Positions 1 to 7,395 of a stretch of DNA of 10,849 nt are shown here, piece by piece. Made by a program: the position numbers and the translations under genes. A model generated the notes under the pieces. The model did no database searches. It saw only the letters and a program-made list of their open reading frames with translations, and was not told where the DNA came from. Location: assembly GCF_000142905.1 (NCBI RefSeq), contig NW_013657623.1, positions 13,588-24,436 on the forward strand. The letters run 5' to 3'. Position 1 is the stretch's first letter. Every line of letters starts with the position of its first letter. The DNA comes from Thecamonas trahens ATCC 50062. Taxonomy: Eukaryota; Protista; Apusomonadida.

Positions 1-1
1 G

Positions 2-1249
2 ACGCTGTCCGATCAGACAACCCTCTTTACTCGCTTCTGCCACGAGCTGGTCGTCGCCACCCTTGTCGCCACCATGCTCGAGCCGACCGTCGGATGCCAC
101 GCCGTCTCGGACGCCGCTCGCTCGAGCGAGACCTTTGCATCGATCATCACTTACTTTGGCACCGATCCCCAGTTTGTCACCCATCTCCGCAGCTACATTC
201 TGCTGCATACCCGGGCTGTTGCCTCGAGCGGCGGCATGCATGACGCATACCGTCGCATTGTCCCCGTCGTCCTCGCGCCGCTCATCTCGCGCCACTCTGA
301 GTTTACCAGCTTCACATCAGAGGCAGCAGCTCGGTTCCGTTCCACTACACTCTGCGAGATGATCCGGCTCATACTATGCCGCAACTTGCACCTCTTCTTC
401 CTTCGCGCCGTCGACAATCGCCAAGGTCGCTCGGCCTTGGAAAAGACGACCATCAAAATGGTCAACGGCTCGAGCGACGACATTGTCGCCGAGATTGACC
501 ATCTCTACATCGAGCTCAGGCACAAGGCCCAAATGCAACCCACCCGGGACCTCCACTGCGGGTACAAAGCGTTCCTGAAGACACCTGGCGGCCGGATGCT
601 CGCACAAGACGACCCAGGGCTGCAGAGCAAGTTCATCGACCCGGAGCAGATGACGACGCTCCTCCTTGCCGCTGGCATCGAGCCGGATCCGCTCACGCTC
701 ATGCATGAGACCGACACCAAGACCAAGCCGCAGATCGAACACGTGTGGCCGATGAACGACTGCGGCTCATGGGATGCTCTCGCTGACCCCATTCCCGACG
801 AGGGCCCCGAGACCTTGCTCCGCTGCCACATCGGCAACCTCACCATTCTCGAGGCCGCCATCAATCGTCGCTGCGGCCGGAAAGCGCCGACCTCCAAGGC
901 CAAGCTGTACGCGCCGGTCCAGAGCTCCAACGGCTCGGCCTTTCCGGCTAACATCACCATTGCTGAACGCCTCTACCGCGGTGCCTGGGGCAAGACGTAC
1001 ATCCGCGAGCGCGGCGCCGCCCTCGTTGCAGAGGTGGAACGTATATGGTCTTTCCAGCGCACACATCTCGAGTATGGCATGATGAGCCACCCTAGCGCCA
1101 ACCCATCCTCATCCTCGGCCTCATCGGCGTCCTTGCTCCCGCCCTCGCCCACGCCACCCCCTCCTTCAACCTCGCTCCCCCCTACTTCCCGTAAGCGCTG
1201 TCGGCAACCCGGCGATTCCACCTCGCCGCGCCCGTCCAAGCGGCGGTGA
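2..1249 (+). CDS. DUF1524 (GmrSD/SspE C-terminal) His-Me finger/HNH endonuclease domain protein; possibly 5'-partial
   Basis: The translation contains QIEHVWP (731-751), HIGNLTILEAAINRR (GNL at 833-841, second Asn at 863-865), KAKLY and WGKTYIRERGAALVAEVERIW (to 1048). This matches the EHIxP...GNLxLL...N...K..Y...W....I.ER...L......IW pattern of DUF1524. The frame has no stop from position 2 (TLSDQTTLFTRFCHELVVATLVAT) to ATG 74, which sits in GCCACCATG, so the true start is 74 or lies upstream of the window. Stop TGA 1247-1249. Confidence 0.8.
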   Translation, partial: TLSDQTTLFTRFCHELVVATLVATMLEPTVGCHAVSDAARSSETFASIITYFGTDPQFVTHLRSYILLHTRAVASSGGMHDAYRRIVPVVLAPLISRHSEFTSFTSEAAARFRSTTLCEMIRLILCRNLHLFFLRAVDNRQGRSALEKTTIKMVNGSSDDIVAEIDHLYIELRHKAQMQPTRDLHCGYKAFLKTPGGRMLAQDDPGLQSKFIDPEQMTTLLLAAGIEPDPLTLMHETDTKTKPQIEHVWPMNDCGSWDALADPIPDEGPETLLRCHIGNLTILEAAINRRCGRKAPTSKAKLYAPVQSSNGSAFPANITIAERLYRGAWGKTYIRERGAALVAEVERIWSFQRTHLEYGMMSHPSANPSSSSASSASLLPPSPTPPPPSTSLPPTSRKRCRQPGDSTSPRPSKRR

Positions 1250-1410
1250 CCGGTCAACCAGTGGACGAAAAAAAATCCGCGGCAGACCGATGACCAGAAC
1301 TTACCCGCTGAGCCAATTTTCTCCCCATGTCCCTTTTGGACGTGTTGCAGACGTTGCAATGACACCGTCTGACATGAGAAGGCTGTCAAGCCGCCGACTC
1401 GCACGGACGT

Positions 1411-1440
1411 CCTCCTCCTCCTCCCCCCCCCCCCCCCTCC
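1411..1440 (+). repeat. (CCT)n plus C15 homopolymer upstream of the histidine kinase start
   Basis: cctcctcctcct followed by a run of 15 C (1423-1437), about 40 nt before ATG 1475. Confidence 0.85.
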
Positions 1441-1474
1441 GTCAACAGCCTTCGCTACCACACTCCACCCATCA

Positions 1475-4400
1475 ATGGAACGCGTGGACTTGGAGCAGAT
1501 CGTCCGGTGTGCGGTGGTGCCCATGGTGGTGGTCGCTCGGCCACCCATGTCCGCGGCTACCGTGTCACCGAACACTTGGTCACCCGCAGGGCTGGCGAGC
1601 GGGGCGAGTGAGAGCAGCAACAATGGGGAAGCAGACGGCAGCGGCGGCGTGGATGTCCTGCTTGCCAACCAAGAGTTTACCACACTGACAGACAAGGCCG
1701 GAATGGTGGTCCAGGTCGAGGCAGTCGCGGCGTACCTTGCTCAGCACCCCGAGCCGCAGGGCGAGGCCGGGCGGTTGGTGGTCGCATCCGATTTTGGCCC
1801 GGTCTCCTTCTCGGTGATGGCGGTCGAGGCCGAGAAGCTACTGCTGATGGGCTCGTGCACGTACGAGGCGCTGAAGGACGCACCGCTGCTCAACTTTTTC
1901 ACAAAGTCGTTGGACATGCTCTGCCTCGCCGACCAAAAGGGCTACTTTGTGCGGATTAACCCTGTGTGGGCCAGTGTCCTCGGCTACACCGAGGAACAGC
2001 TCTATGCCAACCCGTACATCTCGTTTATCCACCCGGACGATCGGGCGCCAACCATCGAGGCGGCGTCCGGCCTTGCCCATGGCGTGAAGGTTGTCTCGTT
2101 TGTTAATCGCTATCGATGCAAGGACGGGAGCTACCGGACGTTCCGCTGGTCGTCGTCGGCCGATTCAAGGTATCTCTACGCCGTTGCGCGTGACGTCACC
2201 GAGCATTACGAGCGCGAGCAGCAGCTGCGCGAGTCAGAGCAGCACTTGCGCGAAGTGTTGCAGGCGACCGGAAACTCGCACGTGACCACCGACGCTTCCG
2301 GTGTCATCACCTCGTGTAATCCGATGACGCTCCGCCACTTTGGTCGGACCGACGAGAGCGAGATGTGTGGCGAGTTGTTGGGGATCTTTCTGCCGGCCCT
2401 CGGCATTGTCTGGGACGTTGTGCTCGACGCCATGGTATCTAACTCAACCGCCACCTTTGACGCTCTCGTCTCTGCCCAGAGAGACCAGCCCGGGATGAGA
2501 GGCCTCACACTCGAGGTCAAGGACGGAGCGGCAACTGTTCGCAATGTGACCGCCGCCAACGTCGACGACGCACCGGGCCAAATGGTTGATGTCACCATCG
2601 ACAAGACGCTCGCCGGGTTTGGCGTGCTCAACGTGAGCTACTCGGTCGCCATCGTCGACGTCTCGGAGCGGCACCGGGCCAATCTCGAGGCGGCGGCGCG
2701 CCAAAAGACCGAAGAGCTGCTCAAGACCAAGGCACAGTTCCTAGCCAACATGTCGCACGAGCTCCGGACGCCGATGAATGGCATCCTGGGCATGACCTCG
2801 CTTATGCTCTCGAGCTCACTCTCGGAGCGCCAGCGGTCTTACCTGGAAGTCATCCACCGGTCGGCATCGTCGCTGCTTACCATTGTGGAGGACGTGCTCA
2901 CGTTTTCGCGGGCAAACGCCGGCGCGCTCACCCTCGACTATGCGCCATTCTCGCTCCGGACCGCCATCGACGACATTGCGGTCATCATCTCGGCCGGAGT
3001 GCTTTCGTCGAGTGTCGACTTTGTCGTCGACCTCGCGCCCGACTTGCCGGCACGGCTGTTCTCAGATGCTGGCCGCATTCGGCAGGTCGTCATGAACGTC
3101 CTCTCCAACGCCGTCAAGTTTACCTCCAAGGGCACTGTTACACTGCGCCTCTCGAGCGCACCGGTCGACGCGGACTCGATCAACCTGCCCAACTACACAC
3201 CCGCCCATGATGACGACGACTCGGGTGTAGCGTCCGATGCACCGGCGGTGCGGCCGGAGCCGATGCGGCTGGAAATCAAGGTGAGCGACACGGGGCCGGC
3301 ATGTCGCAGACTGTTCTAGAGCGGCTCTTCGTTCCCTTTATGCAGGCGGACACGTCCATCACGCGACAGTACGGTGGGACCGGCCTTGGCCTCGCCATTG
3401 TCAAAGAGATTGTCGACCTTTTTGCCGGCCGCATTAAGGTCGAGTCGCAGGAAGGCTCGGGCACAACCGTCGACATCTCGATGGTTGTCGGCGTCTTGCC
3501 GGGAGAGTCGACGCTCGCCGAGGTCTCCATGCCGGACCTTACACTGCTTCGCAAGCAGAAGATCATGTGTGTCGACGACAACCGGGCCAACCTGCGCGTT
3601 CTCTCGGGCTTCCTCTGCGATCAGGGCCGATGCCCTGACGTGACGCTGCTCGACTCGCCGTTTGAAGCGCTGAAGGCTATCAAGGCTGCAGCACGGACCG
3701 ACTCGCCGTACAAGGTCCTTCTTCTCGACGGACACATGCCACTCTTCTCTGGACCCGAACTTCTTGCAGCTCTCGCCCGCGACAACCATCGCCCGCTCCG
3801 TGACATGTGTGTGGTGCTTTCAGTCTCAGGTGACGTCGGCGACGACTCGCGTGCGCTCATCGACACCGCACTCACCCAGGGCATGTACTTTCACGAGTTT
3901 CCCAAGCCGCTGCAGGCTATCCCCTTTCTCAACGCGCTTGCCACGCTTGTCGGCATGGCGGCAGCTCCAAGCAGCAGCGGAGCAAGCCAGACGCCGGCCT
4001 CGATACTGCTCGGCACTCCAACTCCGGCGGATGCAGCGGATCCTATCCCACTTGGACCGCAAGTCACGCTCCCACGCCGAGCCAAGGTCCTTCCTAACGT
4101 CTCGGTTAGCGAGTCGCCCGAGGAGGCTGACGATGCCGCCGATCGGCTGGGCGACGCCTGCCCAAGCTCAACACCGCCGCTAGTCGTCACATCGCAGCTG
4201 TTTGAGGCGATAGACAAGCTCGGTACCCGAGTGCTTGCCGGCATCAACGTCCTTATCATTCACCCGGATGACGAGATGCTGCTCTCGCTAGAGGCGGCGC
4301 TGGAGGCGGCCGGAACCGGCGCGGTCGACTGCGCGGCCAATACAGCAGCAGGGATCCTGGCGCTTGCGCGACGACCGCCGGCGGCGACGCTCATCCTTAT

Positions 4401-5411
4401 CGATGTCAACGACCCTTCCGCACGGTCGCTGCGCTCGTTGCTGGCGGCGACGCCGATATCCAACGACCAAGCGTACGTCGTGGGCTTGGCGGGCGACGAC
4501 ACGAGTGCGGGCCTGGGCCCGCTCGGCTCACAGGGCTCGCCGTTCCGAGCCATCCTCCAGCAGCCCATCAGCGACGAGGAGCTCGTGGACTCGGCGTACG
4601 ACACCGTTGTTCACTACCACATCTCGTTGCTCTCATCAGCGCTGCAGACGACGGCGCTCTCAGACCTCTCGGTCATGGTGGTTGAGGACCTCGAGGTCAA
4701 TCGCATGGTCCTCACAGCCATCCTCGAGTCGCTCCGCATCGACGCCATTTCGGTTGCGGTCGACGGAGCCGACATGCTGGATAGTCTGGAGGCCGCCGCT
4801 GCTGACGGTGGCAGCGGACTTCCGGACGTCATCCTCCTCGACTGCCACATGCCAGTTATGGACGGCTTCACCGCAAGCCGCAAATGGCGCGCGCGTGAAG
4901 CCGCCGACGGCTCGGGTGCCCGACTTCCGATCTGCGCAGTGACCGCCGACACCGGGCACAGCAGCTGGCGCTCGCGGCCGGCATGGATGCCGTCGCCACC
5001 AAGCCTATCTCGCCGCTCGACATCCGCGCCTTTGTTGTCGCCTTTCTTCCGCGAGTCCTCGACGACTTGCCAGGCCCGACCGAGACATGGGCGCTGCCTC
5101 CAGAGGTTGTCGACATGCTCGAGCTCGTGCTGAGCAACATAACCGGGGTTGTCCGCGCCGAGCTCGACACGGCGGCCACATGCTTGGTGCTCCTTGGTCA
5201 TCGGCGGGTCGCTGGCATGCTGCTGCTCGCCTGGGAAATGGCGAACGGGACGACAACCAACGTCGCTCACTCGTTTGTCACCCGCTACCTCGCCGAGCTC
5301 TCGCAGGCCATCACTGCAGCCGCCGCCTCCCCGGTCGGCCTCATGCCCACCGTTACCACCTCGGGCTCGACCTCTCCCGCCGACTCGCCAGTCACGTCAC
5401 CTTTGCTGTAA
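1475..5411 (+). CDS. Hybrid sensor histidine kinase/response regulator (PAS, PAS, HisKA, HATPase_c, REC, pseudo-REC, REC), interrupted by two apparent frameshifts (~3298 and ~4956)
   Basis: Three overlapping ORFs (1475-3319, 3301-5133, 4983-5411) join into one domain series. PAS/PAC: FFTKSLDMLC...NPVW...LGY...FIHPDD...RYRCKDGSYR...ARDVTE. H-box: FLANMSHELRTPMNGILG (His 2756-2758). N-box: QVVMNVLSNAVKFT. G1 box VSDTGP/GMS is split across frames. F/G2: LFVPFMQAD...GGTGLGLAIV. REC1: VDD...LLDGHMP...KP. REC3 (VED...LLDCHMPVMDG...TAD/AGMDAVATKP) is split across frames. Adding one base at each break gives 3939 nt = 1312 aa plus stop. A pseudogene cannot be excluded. Confidence 0.9.
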
Positions 5412-5500
5412 ATATCGAACGACATCGACATAGCCCCAAGCTGAAGGGGAGGGGGGGAGGGAGGCGGAGTGACAGGTGTGCCTCCGATTTGGACCACCCC

Positions 5501-5641
5501 ACCCTGCCCCACGCCTCCACCCTGCCCCACGCCTCCACCCTGCCCCACGCCTCCACCCTGCCCCACGCCTCCACCCTGCCCCACGCCTCCACCCTGCCCC
5601 ACGCCTCCACCCTGCCCCACGCCTCCACCCTGCCCCACGCC
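5501..5641 (+). repeat. 18-bp perfect minisatellite (ACCCTGCCCCACGCCTCC) x7 plus a 15-nt partial copy
   Basis: Identical units start at 5501, 5519, 5537, 5555, 5573, 5591 and 5609, with a partial unit at 5627. There are no spacers. Confidence 0.97.
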
Positions 5642-5649
5642 CTGTCCAA

Positions 5650-5669
5650 CCCCCCCCCCCCCCCCCCCC
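5650..5669 (+). repeat. C20 homopolymer
   Basis: 20 consecutive C, ending 20 nt upstream of ATG 5690. Confidence 0.9.
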
Positions 5670-5689
5670 AAACCCCCGACAGCCGTGAC

Positions 5690-6754
5690 ATGGCAGCGCA
5701 AGGGTCGCTGCTGGTGGCTCTGCCCGACGAGCTGGTGCACGTCATTGCGTACGGGACGCGCGTCCTGGACGCCCGCGACATCGTGGCTCTTGCTGCGTCA
5801 TGTCGTGCTATGCGCCGCGTCCTTTTGGGCGATCCGCTGTCGGCTGCCGCCGCGCATGCCACGGCTGGCCTTGTGGCGTGTGTGCGGCATCGGCTGTGGG
5901 CTGGCGCCCGGCGCGCTCTTGCTACCCGCGCCCTGCACGCGCCGCCGGTTGTGCCTGACCTGGTTCTCGCCGTCCTCGACAACGGCGAGCCGGAGTCGCC
6001 AGCGTGGGCGGCGCTTGTATGCGCACTGGCGGCGGCGGGCGCATCAGCCGGGCCGTGTCGCGTCCGCCCGCAACTGGAGCGACTGACGCTGCTTGGCACG
6101 ATGCCGATGGCAGCGCTCGTGCTGTCCTACGGCGTGCTCGCACTTGGGCGTCAGCTTGCGGCGTCGAGCGGCCAGGCTGTCCGCAACGCTTGCCTGGTTG
6201 TGGCGTGCGCGCGCGGCGACGCCGAGCTTGTTGCCGAGCTGCGGAGCGGAGCCGATGGAGGGCCGCCAGCAAGTGTGTCGGCGTATGAGCAGGGTGCACT
6301 GCGCGCGGCGTCGATGTGTGGCCACACCCACATTGTGGCGACGCTTCTCGCAGACGCTGACGTTGATCCAACAGAAAAGGGTAGCATGGCTATGCGGCTA
6401 GCGGCCTTGGGGGGCCACGGCACAGTGGTGGCACTTCTGGTCCAGGACGGCCGTGCCGATCCAGGCGTCCACAACAACTATCCAGTGACTGTGGCAAGCG
6501 GGAAGGGATGCAGCGAGGCCGTCGCGGCGCTGATTGCCGACCCGCGGGTTGATCCGAGTGTCCGCTCCAACCGGGCGCTCCGCTCTGCTGCGCGCTATGG
6601 ACATGCGAGTGTGGTGGCGCTCCTGCTCCAGCATCCCAGTGTCGATCCCAGCGCGTACAATTGCGACGCTTATCGAGCTGCAGTTGAGGCGGGACACGAC
6701 GACGTGGCTCATCTTCTGCAGCAAGCGGGTGGGGGGAATGCTGTGGAGCCGTAG
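5690..6754 (+). CDS. F-box and ankyrin-repeat protein (354 aa)
   Basis: The N-terminus LVALPDELVHVI...LDARDIVALAASCRAMRRV matches the F-box pattern (LPxE...L...D+..+...C+.+R.+). C-terminal ankyrin-type repeats such as DPSVRSNRALRSAARYGHASVVALLLQHPSV have an exact 93-nt period (DP codons at 6365, 6458, 6551, 6644). ATG 5690 is chosen over 5087 because the upstream extension overlaps the kinase and runs through the minisatellite. Confidence 0.85.
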   Translation: MAAQGSLLVALPDELVHVIAYGTRVLDARDIVALAASCRAMRRVLLGDPLSAAAAHATAGLVACVRHRLWAGARRALATRALHAPPVVPDLVLAVLDNGEPESPAWAALVCALAAAGASAGPCRVRPQLERLTLLGTMPMAALVLSYGVLALGRQLAASSGQAVRNACLVVACARGDAELVAELRSGADGGPPASVSAYEQGALRAASMCGHTHIVATLLADADVDPTEKGSMAMRLAALGGHGTVVALLVQDGRADPGVHNNYPVTVASGKGCSEAVAALIADPRVDPSVRSNRALRSAARYGHASVVALLLQHPSVDPSAYNCDAYRAAVEAGHDDVAHLLQQAGGGNAVEP

Positions 6755-6950
6755 CGAGGCCAGCGCATGCGATGAAGGGCAATCTAGATGAAATCGTAGC
6801 TGACCAACGGATGTCTGTGGTCAGAGCGTGCTATGTGGGTTTGTGCGAAGGAAAAAGGCAAGTGCAAGCAACTGCGAGTCGCGGACTGGCTCCCTGGACA
6901 GGGTTGACACCAATGACGCTAAATGACATCAATAATTGATCCCAAATCAC

Positions 6951-7070
6951 CGAAAATAATACTTTTATATAACTCCACACACAAAACTATACACGATTTA
7001 AATTTGTACTCACACATATATACAAACATATTTTTACAATTATTTATTTATATAACAATATAGTGAGAAA
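6951..7070. other. AT-rich intergenic island
   Basis: Hand count gives 25 G+C in 120 nt (~21% GC), against roughly 60-75% in sampled 60-nt lines of the coding regions. It contains TATATA and TATTTATTTA tracts. Confidence 0.85.
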
Positions 7071-7358
7071 TACAGCACTCATGCAACAAGCCAAAATCAG
7101 AGTTGGTCCGTCGGGGCCTCCATTTTCACCCGTGGTCGTCACTCAGTCCCCATCACGTGCTCATCACACATGTCTACGTCTGTCTCGTACTCCCATCTAT
7201 CTAGCTACCCACGTGTGAGAGGGCGAAGTTGCTTTTTTGGCGCAGTAGCGGACGAAAACCTCCCAGCTGGAGACAACCTGGCCGGCCCGAGTCCGGGCAC
7301 CCGATCCGAGCCAGCCACGGTGGTCCCTCACTTGCTGCGTCCACGCTCCACGCCACTC

Positions 7359-7374
7359 CTCTCTCTCTCTCTCT
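7359..7374 (+). repeat. (CT)8 microsatellite in the AIM24 5' region
   Basis: ctctctctctctctct, ending about 21 nt upstream of ATG 7396. Confidence 0.85.
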
Positions 7375-7395
7375 CCACCCGAGTAACAACTCAAC

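Noticed and set aside
1247-1275. Palindrome TGACCGGTCA at the nuclease stop followed by A8, as a terminator or retrocopy scar
   Set aside because: Both elements are too short to distinguish from chance, and no target-site duplication is visible.
3301-5411. ORFs 3301-5133 and 4983-5411 as independent genes
   Set aside because: Each begins in the middle of a conserved domain (HATPase G1 box; receiver alpha4-beta5), so they are parts of one kinase gene.
5501-5641. CRISPR array or telomeric repeat
   Set aside because: The units are head-to-tail with no spacers and there are no cas genes. The array is internal and is not a TTAGGG-like unit.
5087-5689. N-terminal extension of the ankyrin ORF containing (TLPHAS)7
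   Set aside because: It overlaps the kinase C-terminus in another frame and translates the minisatellite and poly-C. The F-box begins right after ATG 5690.
6760-7390. tRNA, other structured ncRNA or MITE in the long intergenic region
   Set aside because: I found no cloverleaf or T-loop GTTC motif and no terminal inverted repeats by eye. An Infernal/Rfam scan would be needed to exclude ncRNA fully.
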